NCBI GenBank assembly: GCA_047495785.1
Contig: JBLDXI010000009.1
Location: 4,154,001 to 4,218,000, forward strand
Reading direction: 5' to 3'
Origin: Lepidodermella squamata
Taxonomy: Eukaryota > Animalia > Gastrotricha
DNA: 64,000 nt
In this document: positions 1 through 12,138 of the stretch, one piece after another
Layout: every line of letters starts with the position of its first letter
How positions within the stretch are numbered: the first letter of the stretch is position 1
The notes under the pieces: generated by a model
What the model saw: the letters and a program-made list of their open reading frames with translations, nothing else
The model's database searches: none
What the model was told of the DNA's origin: nothing
Program-made: the position numbers and the translations under genes

Positions 1-1
1 G

Positions 2-211
2 AATGGCGTACTTGCTCTATTTTTTAGCTTGGCTCTTTTTCTTCTATTTGTCTTTCTCATTCTGCTGATTACGCCATCCTGGCGAAAACGGTTATATAGC
101 GAATTGCAAGAGGACACTGTCATTAGATATGTTCGCTTCGATCAAGAAACAAGTATTGCCAACGTGGCATTATACACAGACAAACACACCGACAGCCAAA
201 AATTCGACTAA
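2..211 (+). CDS. C-terminal fragment of an upstream membrane protein (TM helix plus short cytoplasmic tail)
   Basis: Frame is open from the window edge: NGVLALFFSLALFLLFVFLILLITP (hydrophobic) then SWRKR (basic stop-transfer) and a tail to TAA at 209-211. Identity not determinable. Confidence 0.5.
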   Translation, partial: NGVLALFFSLALFLLFVFLILLITPSWRKRLYSELQEDTVIRYVRFDQETSIANVALYTDKHTDSQKFD

Positions 212-529
212 AATGACCAGGCTTCAACCTGTTTTTCCGCCGCATGGCTGTTATTTTAACCTTTCGACCCAATAAGTGAATTTTTGGGGCTATTGTTCGG
301 GAGATTATAATTAGAGGTGGGATACTAATAGAAGAAATTCGGTATATGAGCCAGGAAATCTGGGTTTCCGAGCTTTTAAGTTCTCTTTTAGATGTCGCTT
401 TACGCCAGCTATAGTTTTTATGTAGCTAGATATAAGAATAAAAAGGGAACTAAAGGTTGAGGCGAAATGAGGCAATTTTAAATTAATTCAAGCTTTGAAA
501 AAAACTTCAGTTGTCCAGAATTATTTTTA

Positions 530-1592
530 CCGTATTTGTTTCAACCGTAGCCCATCCATATAATTATCGCCCATCCCTAATAGTGCGTTCACAAACTACT
601 TCGGAGAGGCGTCCGAAGTTTTCGGCCACCGAAGTTTCATAACAGGCCTCCGAAGTTGCGTAATCGCTCCCCGAAGTTTAGATTTTCGTTCACAAACGCG
701 CGCACTTCGGCCAGCGCGGCCGAAGTTTTAACAATAGGCGGTGCGCGCGCACCGAACAAAGGACGCGCTCAAACTTCGGTTCGGAGAGCCCCAAAATTGC
801 TCTCCAAAGTGCCTCCGAACCGAAGTTTGAGCGCGTCCGAAGTTATTACACACGCACGCAAACACGCGCGCGCGCACACAGCCACTTGACCTCACTGTAC
901 CAGGCGCCTCAAATTTGTCTTTCCGGTGATATTTTCATTGACAATGCGATCCGTTTCATTAGCCATTAAAAAATTACATAGCAATAGTGAAGCATTTAGA
1001 TACTGAGAAGTTAATATTGCAAAAATTTCCGGTTTCTAAGGCGAATTTTTAAATCTAGAAATAGCGCGGCTCGTATGGAAAAAGTGGCTTTGATGAGAAT
1101 GCGCGAGAATATTTAGCAAATATTTCTTTATAGCGAATCTGGTGAACTGAGCGCTGAAATTTAGCTTCTTTTTATCCTCATCAGAAGGCGCGTCTCATTA
1201 TGCAAGCAATTCGGAGAATTAAGGTAAAATGGAAAAAAAATTGCATTGACCCCGAGTAAAAGCCATACCCGCGCGCGGTGGGTGAGCGAGCGGCCAAACT
1301 TCGGCCGCGAACAATAGAAACTTCGGTCGTCACGCTGCGCGCGTGCGTAGAAAATGCCACTGATAAGGCCGCCGAAGTTTAGCTATTTCTCTCCGAAGTT
1401 TCTACTTCGCTCTCCGAAGCGGTCGGTCTCCGAAGTAGTTTGTGAACGCACTATAATAGTACCCCAGGGAAAGGGGTAAATTCGTTTCGAAAACATCAAA
1501 AACGAACGATACACTATAAATTATTTTTTGAAATTTTTGAAATTTCGAGGTTAAAATTTTAGTAGCCCGGGCTGCTATAGGAACAAATACGG
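530..1592. mobile_element. Tc1/mariner-pogo-type MITE (outer element), interrupted by a Harbinger-type MITE
   Basis: TA|CCGTATTTGTT at 528-540 and AACAAATACGG|TA at 1582-1594: inverted termini with a TA duplication. Confidence 0.65.
581..1453. mobile_element. PIF/Harbinger-type MITE
   Basis: 27-bp perfect TIR TAGTGCGTTCACAAACTACTTCGGAGA (581-607, reverse complement at 1427-1453); TAA duplication at 578-580 and 1454-1456; many subterminal CCGAAGT/ACTTCGG motifs. Confidence 0.85.
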
Positions 1593-1898
1593 TATCCCTG
1601 TGTGGTAAGGTGTGTCGCTTTTTTGGTTGTCGGATGAAAAAATTAGTCTTCTGTGCCAAGCATTAGTTTATTGTTCAACATATTTTTTCTGAAATATTTC
1701 AGTATCAGGTTGAAATTTAACTTTTAAATTCTGGCAGTTCAGGTATGCATGAAATAAAAACACGTGAACGCTGATCAACGACTTTTGGCCCAGTTCAAAC
1801 AGAGAGACAGACTCATATTTGCTTGGGCGCGTGTTCTTTCATCAGACACACGCCATTAGCTTTGCTCAATTTATTTAAATTTTTGCTTCAAACACAAA

Positions 1899-3484
1899 AT
1901 GACTATTATTCGAGTTTTAACTTTAGTTGCTCTTTTTGTATTCAATTTTCAATTTTCTACGTGTATTGTTTTAAAAAATTCTACCGTGCTGAAAAATGAT
2001 GGTCGAAAATTGTTGGTCATTTCTCTTGATGGCTTTCGATCGGATTATCTACTCAAATACAAGCATTTGCTCGGGAATTTCACAATTATTGCCAATCATG
2101 TCAAAGCGAAATATGTTAAACCTGTTTTCCCAAGCTTAACATTTCCAAACCATTACACGATCGCTACAGGTAATAATCTTAGTTCCATTTTTGCTATTAT
2201 ATTTGCTATTAATATTTTAGGAGTGTATACTGAGACGCATGGAATCGTACACAACAGCTTCCTCGACCCAAAGCTTGGTTTGCATTTCAAGAAGTCGATG
2301 AACGAATGCTTCTGGGATGCTGTAGAACCCATATGGATCACGGCGGAAAAGCGAGGCGTCAAAACAGCTGTGTCTATGTGGCCGGGGTCAGTGGTGCCTT
2401 TCAAAGGCGTTCTCCCTTCTTACTACCCTAAATCCTACGACGAAGAACTGTCGTGGGCGAGTCGAGTTGACGAGATGATGGACCACTTGACCAACGGAAG
2501 CGTCGATTTGGCCATGCTTTATTACCACGAACCCGACAAAACTGCCCATCATTACGGCCCGACTTCACACGAAATCGAAAAAGCTTTAGCTTTGCTCAAC
2601 AACGACATCGGTTACTTGCTCCAAGCAGTTCGCGCGTCAAACCTTGCCACAAAGTTGAACATTGTGATTGTCAGTGACCATGGTTTATCGACAATCACCA
2701 AACATAAGCTGATCGTGATAAGTGAGCTACTCGGCGTGCATCAGATGGGTGAATTTTTCGACATCGATAAATACGATGTGAGATCATAGTTCATTCGTCG
2801 TAATCGCTGCCTTTAACTTATTATTCACTTTAGATGTATTCGCATCTGAAGATCGATCCGATGCTCTACGCTTCCGTCGTACATCTCTGGCCAAGACCGG
2901 AAAAAGTTGAGGATCTATATGAGATTCTCAAAAGCAAACGTGGCGATATTATGAACGTTTACCTCAAGGAAGAAATTCCGGAGGAGTGGCATTACCGCAA
3001 TAGCCCGAGAATTCCACCTTTGATCGCCGTAGCAAAACCTGGTTGGCAAATCGTGTTGTATCGTGAAGTTTTCGACCGCACCTTCCTTAATATAATGGAT
3101 GGAATGCATGGCTACGACAATCGTCATCCAGAAATGCGGGCTTCATTCTTTGCTATGGGCCCTTCATTCAGAAAAGGCGTCGAGTTGGCTCCTTTTCCTA
3201 ATATCGACCTGTATTCTCTCTTTACGTACTTGGTCGGAATACCACCACAGCCAAACAACGGGAGCTTATCGCCTTTCATTCCAGCACTGAGAGATGTCGT
3301 AAGTGATTTAAAAATCCGAACTACTTCAGATCAGCATCTGCCTTATTTATAGGTACCAGTTGCAAAACGGATTTCGTGGTTCCGGCTCAACTCAGCTTCG
3401 CCCAGTCGGCTATCGTCAAAGGCTTCTGACTTGGTCGCGATAATATTGTTCGCATCTGTGATAAAAATTGTCATTAAATGTTGA
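1899..3484 (+). CDS. Ectonucleotide pyrophosphatase/phosphodiesterase (ENPP4/5/6-like), copy A; 4 exons (1899-2169, 2221-2777, 2834-3298, 3353-3484)
   Basis: Signal peptide; SLDGFR, PSLTFPNHYTIATG (catalytic Thr), EPDKTAH, SDHG and GMHGYDN metal/catalytic motifs; GT-AG introns of 51-56 nt; last exon gives a hydrophobic C-terminus (..LNSASPSRLSSKASDLVAIILFASVIKIVIKC*), a GPI/TM-like anchor. Confidence 0.92.
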
Positions 3485-4435
3485 AAGGACCCTCACGGTA
3501 TCTAGTGTTAGACTATTCTCAATGTTATGCTTCATTTTTCGTGAATATTTTGTCGGGTTGTGTTCCTATCCTTTTTGTATTGTCTAATGAGCATTCAAAT
3601 TGTCGCACAGTTCTGCTAGCTTATTTTCCCTTCCATCAGCTTTCTATCTATAAAATCTTTACTTGAAAGCGTTCATGAATCGGTGCTTGGAAACTATAAT
3701 AAATGAAACTGAAGAATATGTGAAATTCATCTCGTTGTTCGAGCCCCACTTCTGATGAAGATTTGAGAAGGCTACAGAGAGCGTGAAGCTTGATCTGTAC
3801 CCAACACGGCGCGCAAGAAAGTTCGATCCTTTACGAGTGATTTACCCGGCATTTGCTTAAAATTTACTATGTTTAAACCTGCTAATTCTCATAGCTATAT
3901 TTGAAGGCTATATTCCTGAAATGATCATAGAGCAGAAAGTAGCTGCTAAGTTTTATCGCAACGGGATCATCGTGAAACTTCGATTTTAGTGGGACCGGAC
4001 GATGTTCGCGCGTCGCATTTTTTGGCTGTTCCAAAAATAAGCTTCACTATTCCACTCTAAGATGAATATGCACTATGCGTGAGAGCCAAGCAACGAAATT
4101 AGAAGCTTGAAACCCTCCCAACGTGGAAAATCATCGAGTCTCCGGATCCGCACTCGTGCAAAAATTACTGCGACTAATGTAGAGTGTATTATTATTTGCA
4201 AACATTGCAAACAATTAAAGTAGTAGAAGTTTTTGTTTTTCTTGCATTTGAATTTTTGACCTTGAACATCTTTTACGCGGTAAAAATTGCCAACCTCCGC
4301 GTATTTTTTTCGCGTGGTTTTGGGTTCAGGGTCCTAAATCTCTCGGAAAACTCGTCACCTTCCGGTTTCGTGCTGTTATCTGGTGTGTTGGAGCAATCTT
4401 TTGTTGTCGATCAGATCTTTCGAAAACCGGTAGAT

Positions 4436-6353
4436 CCCACTGAAAACAGCTCCGCGAAGGATTTCAGACGAAGAATGAAGAGGTCCGAAACCTGTTCTGG
4501 CCCAACTATACAACGGCATCAAATCCCGGATGGCGCTGACGCGCCCATCCTCATACCACTCGCCATTCTGAGCGGCGATTATGCTAATCCTTTTTCGGTA
4601 GCTCGGAGTAACAAACTTCTGAACTCATTCGGGATCAAATCGTATGTGAAGATTTATATAGTACTTCAGTCCTTTTGGAAGGATTCACAAGTCATGGCTC
4701 CCGCACAGCATAAAAGGCTATGGTACGCAGAGATAATTGAGATAATTGAGTTCTCGCCGAATGAGTAATTATTTTTTTATTGATATTGTGAATAGTTATT
4801 TAAACAAGGTATCAACTGACAACTCAAGACTTTTCATTCTTTAACATTTCTTCTGCTAAACGATGAATTCGTCCATAAATTGTATCACGATGAACGTCGG
4901 CTGAAAGAAAAGTCAGTGTTTCATTTGCTGAGTTGAATCATGGCTACTTGACCCTCCCTTATATGGTGCCCATAGTCCACGCGCAAGTTTTCACCTGGGT
5001 AACTGAAGTAGGTACCTCCCGAAATAACGAATGGACAACGTATGACAACGTTGATGATATTATTAAGAGTGCCCAAAACACATCTACCCTAACCATTATA
5101 TTAGTTAGAGAAAGTCATTACTTTTAGGCAATATGGTACGCTTTTCCGAATTTAATCGATTTCTAACCATAGTATATAATTTAATATAATTATAGTACTT
5201 ACTTTAGTTTACTAAACTATTCGGTCATTCACGGACACGAAAAATCGACATTGGATGCAATTTATCCATTTCCAAAAATTTTTGGACTAAATACCTAGAT
5301 CATAGCCCTATTTTTATAATTCATTTTTGTATCATTTTATTCATTTTTGTATCCAAGCCATGTTAAATCACCAGAATTGGTGTCAGGGTCTAACATCCAT
5401 CCATCCATCCATTTAAATGTTTAATATTATATTTTCTAATATTAAAATGTTCAACACCGGTCAAAAATAATCGTGGGTCCATAGAAACTCAGATCTATGG
5501 GTTACGCAATAGATATGGTCAAATTGATAACACCAATCGATAGCGCTTGTCGACTTTACTAATTCAATCCCTTGACTGTAACGCAAATCTATATCCATGA
5601 AACTACTTGAAAACACATTTTTCCCATACTAAACTGCGTAGGTCTGAGTCCAATAATTTTTTCTTCGGGAAGCTATGTAAGAAAGGGAGTGGCTGTCCCG
5701 GTATAAGTTGTAATGCTTTTTCACTCCATTTGATGAGAGCTACATTTTGGCACCAACATTAACTCGATAGGAGAAAGTAAAATAAAATTGACCCATTAGC
5801 GAACGATCGAATAATCAGCAGGGGCGTGACCAGGAAAATTTGTTGGTAGTTGTTATGGATCTGAGAGTGAAATAATTCGATTTTCAACAGTATCGACAAT
5901 TTCGACCGAAGCGAGTAAAATTTATGGCAAATTTGCAATAATTTCCCACACGTTATAAGCAATTGAGCCATTTTCTAGACAAAATAAGCCGAAGAGGGGT
6001 TTTTAGGTTTTCATTTTGGTATTTTTATTTATTTGAACATAACCAAAACAATCAGCAGGTTTTGCCGCTGATTATGAGAGACACCCTCCTTAGAATATAG
6101 ATTTATGAAAAGATGTGACAATTTAAAAGATCCGACTAAACTTCCGTAGGGTTTTGGGGAGAATAAAGTCATATTCGTCATCACGGTAGATTATTTTTCC
6201 GTGGCATTAATCGCCGCTCAGAATGGCGAGTGGTATGAGGATGGGCGCGTCAGCGCCATCCGGGATTTGATGCCGTTGTATAGTTGGGCCAGAACAGGTT
6301 TCGGACCTCTTCATTCTTCGTCTGAAATCCTTCGCGGAGCTGTTTTCAGTGGG
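4436..6353. mobile_element. Non-autonomous DNA transposon with long TIRs (CMC/EnSpm-like termini)
   Basis: ~146-bp inverted repeats (4436-4581 and 6208-6353) that read as identical, starting CCCACTGAAAAC and flanked by AT on both sides (possible 2-bp TSD); AT-rich interior with no recognisable transposase. Confidence 0.8.
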
Positions 6354-6399
6354 ATATGATGTAGTTTTCGGAGGCTAAATTCTGCTAAAGAAGTTTTTT

Positions 6400-6627
6400 T
6401 CTTTAGTAGAAGCGCGGACGATTTAGAACAAGATACAAACAAGCCCCCACACCCCCCGAACAATAAAGTTTTTCTTCGAATCAATACTAAAACATATGGC
6501 TTATTTCGGACGAGATGCGGAGAGGAGAGGTATCTTCGTCCGCATTCGACTAATTCGTTTGCGGGGAATGACTTTTTACATATTTGTCTTTAGTAGAAGC
6601 GCGGACAATTTAGAACAAGATACAAAC
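6400..6627 (+). repeat. 41-bp direct repeat pair
   Basis: TCTTTAGTAGAAGCGCGGAC(G/A)ATTTAGAACAAGATACAAAC at 6400-6440 and 6587-6627. Confidence 0.85.
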
Positions 6628-7322
6628 TATCGCGGGAAAAGCCTGTCAAAAGACCTATTGACGCGATGCGAAGTAATACGTTCGACGATTCAAGTAAAAA
6701 TACTGTTTACTTACTTGTTGACGGGTTGCGATAGATTTTCACAAACTTGTCGCTTTTCGTGCATTAACCTGAGGCTTTATTAATAAATCTGTTGACTTTT
6801 GAGTTTAGCCATTTCTTTTTAATTGGTAGTTCGCCGAAATCTAAATTTATTATGCAGCATGCAGTAACATACTCCATCTGTGGGAGGTGTTCATTTTTAT
6901 CAACTTGACATTAACGGTAGCAGTTCCTGTGTACGTAACACACCATTTAGCAAATGCCAAACTTCTCGTAGCCTCAAAAGATTGGTTATGTCTGATCGGC
7001 TCTTCTTTATTTTATTGTTGGTTATCTCAACAATCAACAGGCATAAGTTCCGTGTAAGGTTAGCGTCCTGTTAACATGTATAACTTGTAAGATTCATGCG
7101 ATTTATGCAGAAGATCGAACGTGAGATAGACACTGAGCGGTCTGTTTTATATCCCTGAAATCTCCATCCTCGGTTTACATCAATAAGCATTGAAGTTGAG
7201 TAATTATTAAGCAAGCAACATAAATCATAGTCGTAAAAGGTCCATACAACACAGCTGTCACAGATGTCTGTTTATCGAAATTAAACCTCGGGGCGAATGC
7301 CTGGACCAGTCGCAAAAAAGTA

Positions 7323-7923
7323 CCGTCAACTGGGGTGACTTTAGTGGTGGGGGTCACTTTGGCGTACCAAAATGGGGTGACTTTATTAGCATCACGTGAC
7401 GCATAAAAACATGCAAATAACATGAATTTATTCAAATAACCTTCACATTATTTTATCTGCTAATAATTTTGAACGGTTATTTGACCCTTTTGGCCCTATT
7501 TTCCTAGCTGAATGTCATCCTACCGTGCGTGGATTAAATTATATTGGTTGACAGCCTCCGATCCCCTTACCGATCCTGTCTGATCACCAAATTCCAGCCG
7601 CCTAATTATTATGATTTATTTCCCCACTCATTGTCGCATGAAAAATATGGATTCATGAAGAGAGTACATACGACGAAGTCACCCCATATGTGAAACTGCC
7701 GTTTGGGGTGACTTTCGTTACAGGTAATTGATAATAGGCTTCGTGAGCGTATCAATTTGGTCAAAATGCCAACTGCGTTTGGCTGCAGGTCTTGCCAGCT
7801 TTCGATTGACATCCATATCGACTATATTTCAATGTAACACACGCCCACCGCGGTCATTTGAAAGTCAGTTACGAAAACCCATGCCAATGTCACCCCACTA
7901 GGTAAAGTCACCCCAGTTGACGG
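7323..7923. mobile_element. pogo/Tc1-type MITE
   Basis: TA|CCGTCAACTGGGGTGACTTTA ... TAAAGTCACCCCAGTTGACGG|TA; internal copies of the GGGGTGACTTT motif. Confidence 0.85.
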
Positions 7924-9280
7924 TATGAGGGCTACCAACATCCAAGGTTAAAGCTTCGAGTTTCGAGTGTACCTACATTCAAGCTGGCTGGTATCAACTA
8001 GAAAAATAATTTTCGTCTCAAACTCGTGTGCCGAGAATCCCAAGGAATTGCAAATCATGCTGGAAGTTTGTTAAAACGTCGAGTCCACGGTTGCAAGCGA
8101 TCCTCGTTTGAGTCAGCGCGGCTCCCTGTTTCGCTCGCCCCTTTATCTCCGCGGGTCGCCCGAAAAATACTTTAAAAAAATACCGCCAAAATAATTTTCA
8201 AATTTATGGAATTTGTATTATAAACATTTATAATATTTAAATTATTAATTTTTTGAATTAAATGTGGAAATAGCTTCCTCACGGATCAGCCCTGAGCGCT
8301 TATAGAGCGAAATACAAAACGGCAGGGGGGGTACCTTCATTTTTAGAAAATCATGGAAAAATGTCCTTTGCGCGGCAACCCAAAAGTACAAGTTACCTGA
8401 GGAATTTTCCCAATTAACTTATACCATTAGATAGCTGAGATCATTAGCTAGCTGATGGTATAATTTTTTCTCGATATATCTCATTCCAAGGTCCTGGTCC
8501 TCGATCCCAAAGTTGGGTCATTTTTGGCGAAAAAATTTATACCTGGCCCAAGTGTATATATAGGGGGCAAACGGTGTGCCTCTTTTCTTTCATCCTGGGC
8601 TATGTCCCTTTCGCCGCTGTCCTTTCCAGACCCTCTCCATTCTTCGGAGGGCACTACCGTGCCCCCACAATCCTCAGACACCAGCTGCTGGAAGTATTTT
8701 TTGAAATCACTTTCCATAACTTATGGAAAGTGGAAAGTGATTTCAAAAAGAAAGTGATTCCATAAGTAGTGTGGCCTAAGCCCAAAGTTTCAGCAATCGG
8801 AGCCTAAAATGATCGGCGTAGTCTCCATAGTATATTTTCAGTTTTCAGTGCTGATTTCTGCCGTATCCTGACAGGAATTTACTTCATTTCTTTCGAACAA
8901 TGAACAATGTTGAGTTGGGCAAAAAGAGCTTGCACGCGAGACATATGCTATCTCAGAATGGTATGATCGTAAACTTCGAACAGTTTGTGTCATCCTTCAT
9001 CATAGTCCACAAACTGGCTTGGGACCCAGAGCTGTCGCTTAATATAGTCGTGATAATTTTGAATTGCGATTTGCGTTCCAAAGACTTCATAGAGGCTTTT
9101 GGCAAGTATTTTTGGCAAGGTGATTCGACCTCTCCTTAGTAACGGTTGGCCGGTTTTTTCAAAAACTGTTTAAGTGTTCTTGCACCCTTGATCACCTATT
9201 TCAGTCACTGTTCTTGTTATGTTTGTAACCGAGTAATGACGTATTCTCGCATTTAGGTCATTTTATCTATGTGAATTGTC

Positions 9281-12006
9281 ATGTTTCACATCAATCTCAC
9301 TGCTATCGCGCAGGCGCAAGACATCCTTCGAAGCGAATCATCGTTGGAGGATAAGCTAATGAAGCTGAATGGGTTGATGCATCTTGGTGATAGCTTGGTT
9401 TACTCTGACAAAACTCATGTATCACGTGAGCTGTCCACGTTTTTACCTCGACTTGCTGCTCTAGTTATAGACAAAACGAATGCCTCTGACATATTGATGA
9501 AGAACGTTCTTTGGCAAATGCTTACTCACATTGTTATTTTGAACGACCTCTTGGAGAAGTCAGAAGAAACTTTTGTGTCGTTTGTGTCAACACTTTTTCA
9601 AGTTGGATTCAATCTGGAACTACCTTGGTTATTTCGGGAAGGTATCGTGTCATGTTTGACAGAATTGGAGACAACCTATCCTGGACTACTTGTGCGGGCG
9701 TTGCCACGTGTATATCGCAGTCTTTACTTCGAAAAATCACCTGCTGTTCAATCATACCTGTCTTTGTTCTCCCTCATCCTCAATCATTGCTTTGTGCTAG
9801 CATACGAAATAGCCCTAGATGACTTGAAGAATGAATCAGCATCGCTCACGCCCAAGTCATCTCCGCTTAAGAATAAGCAGGAAGGTGGCGTAAAATTGTC
9901 ATTCAAATACGTTGTGTCATACCACGTTTACAAAGCCAAAGAGGGCACAGTAACGGATAAGCTGAACTTCGAAGATCCACAAACTCTAGCTCTGATCAAA
10001 GATAAATTGAAGCTTTGTAGCCCCGTTGCTCAGTCTTTCATTCGTCTGCAATTGCCGAGTTTGGACCTCGGCCGAATGGCTCTATCAAACAATCTTCTTC
10101 ATTTATTCACGATGTGTGCCGAAGAAGAGCGCGAGACTGGTTCGCTGGCGATGTTGTCAAATTCGGACTTCCTTTCGCCATACTTCAAACACCTTATGCT
10201 AAGCTGGTACATGAGCCTAATTACAACTAAACAACTACCCCCGATGGACACTCTCGTACTGGAAGCGGTTACGAGATCAGCATTCTGCAACACTTATGAC
10301 ATTTCATTCAAGCAATTAGTTTGTTCGACCCTTCATTCTCACAAGATGAAATCCTTACAAACTTTCGAAGCTTTTACCTCGACAAACAGCGATGCGCTGT
10401 TGATTGTTCTGCGCTACCTGATTATCGCGAATAATTGGAAAAATAGCGAGTTGGTGGGGGCACTGAGCGATATCTTCATCTCACACATGTTTCGCTCCAA
10501 ATTGGACCATTCGTCTGCAATCAATGCGATGGCATGTGAAGCGTTAGATTGTTTTAAGAAGACGCAATCGATGCAATTGGTGGAATCATTCAGTCATCGG
10601 CTGGACAAATTTTGCCTGGGCAGTGATAAAAATCGAAGAGTAGCTCGACTTCTTGGCGATTTTCTACCCGCCTTTGCGAAGCTCGCTTTTATGCGGCTTG
10701 ATTTCGATAAAACTTACTTGATTTTATTCTGCGAACTGATGACAAGCGAAGTGAAAAAGCGGCATGGTCTAACGATGGAAAAAGCAACGGTTTTTCTTCA
10801 TTTCATCTGCTCATTTTTCGCAATGTCTCCAAGTTATGCCGTGAAAAATTCGCTTGGAGAAAATCAGAAGCTACTGAATGATCTCGCCGAGCTGGATACA
10901 GATATAGCCCGGCTTGTTATTGCCCTAATCAAATACAGTTCGAAGAACGGTGAAAATATGGTGCCATGTTCGGACAAATACCTAGTCGCGCCGTTATTTC
11001 GCAGTTTATCACCGGACGAACTGAAATGGACTGTCACACTACGTCCTATTTCGGATTACGCTAATCTTGAAATTCATCTGTCGGAGCCAGTCGTGAATTT
11101 GTCGCAATACAATGACATTTTGAAGGCAACTGGCTCGAAATTCACGCAACACGTAAATAAAGCTCGTTTCCGGTTGAATTTTGACATCGATTCGGAGATC
11201 ACGAATAATTTTTACTACGCCCTCTCGATCGAATTATTCGCCTTATCACCTGTTGCGAGTATTGATCGGAGGCTGATCGGCACATTTTCGCTGCCGGTTG
11301 TCAATTTATCGTCGCTTGATGAGCGGCAAATTGATTTTGAGACAGAAATCAGCGGTCTTTCTGCTAAGCAATTTTACCATGAAAAGTTGATTTCCCGAGT
11401 TTCATTTTCAACTGGTGCTTCAAAAATTTTCGCTTCTTGGCTCAATCCGGTTTCGATCAGCTTGATGGATGTTCTTGTCCCTCTCAATTTAACCGGAGAT
11501 TTCCGATTTTCCGAAGATTTCGTATCATCGCTAACCGAGGGGGTGAAAAATTTGGATCCAACTGAGGGCTGGATTGATTCGATTTTTCGTACTAACGCCA
11601 CTGTTGAAAAGCTAGTTTCTTCTGGATTCGAAAAATATGTTCTCGAAAAAAGTAAGTTCAATGAGAATTTCCATTTTAAAAAATTTATTTGTTGTTTTTT
11701 TCAGGTGAAGATTATTGGCTAATTGGTGGATTCTTGCCGCCCTCTTCAAACGTGCTCATCAAGTTCAATTTTCGAGACGTAATAGAACATTTGCAGCCAT
11801 CAAACGCCGTATCAACGAATTTAGGCCGGCATTTTAACGACACGGAAAATGACGACCCGGACCAGGTCGATTTGAACATGAAGCGGCGTAGTATTCGCGA
11901 ATTTGTCGAAAAATACGAAAAGTGCTGCTTCGCTTTCATTTACACGAACAACGCAATGCTGTTACGACACATTTATTTGTGGCTAGATTCGACTTTCAAC
12001 AAATAA
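9281..12006 (+). CDS. AP5B1: AP-5 complex subunit beta-1-like; exons 9281-11651 and 11705-12006
   Basis: ~890-aa helical protein; CLTELETTYPGLL and C-terminal GGFLPPSSNVLIKF...IYTNNAMLL resemble the AP5B1 motifs CLRELE..PGLL and FLPP..HLLL...RTD; GTAAGT/TTTCAG intron 11652-11704 joins the two ORFs. Confidence 0.7.
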
Positions 12007-12138
12007 TTAATGTGAAATAATATGAGCGAAATGCAATTTTAAATTGAGTAATTATTCTAATTTTGCGAATTTTTTATTTATTTATGACGAGATTTACGAC
12101 GATTAAAAAATAGCTGATTGATATTTTATTGTTTAGAG

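Noticed and set aside
600-1440. Recurrent CCGAAGT motifs as a CRISPR-like array
   Set aside because: Short, irregularly spaced, in both orientations and enclosed by TIRs with a TSD: transposon subterminal repeats in a eukaryotic genome.
4184-4768. 194-aa ORF
   Set aside because: Non-ATG start, runs across a transposon TIR, no recognisable motifs.
8320-8830. Possible DNA-transposon remnant upstream of AP5B1
   Set aside because: Repeat-like texture, but no TIR pair or TSD could be identified.
8900-9139. Possible first coding exon of AP5B1
   Set aside because: An in-frame TGA at 9272-9274 lies between the nearest acceptor (9256) and ATG 9281, so no coding join could be supported.
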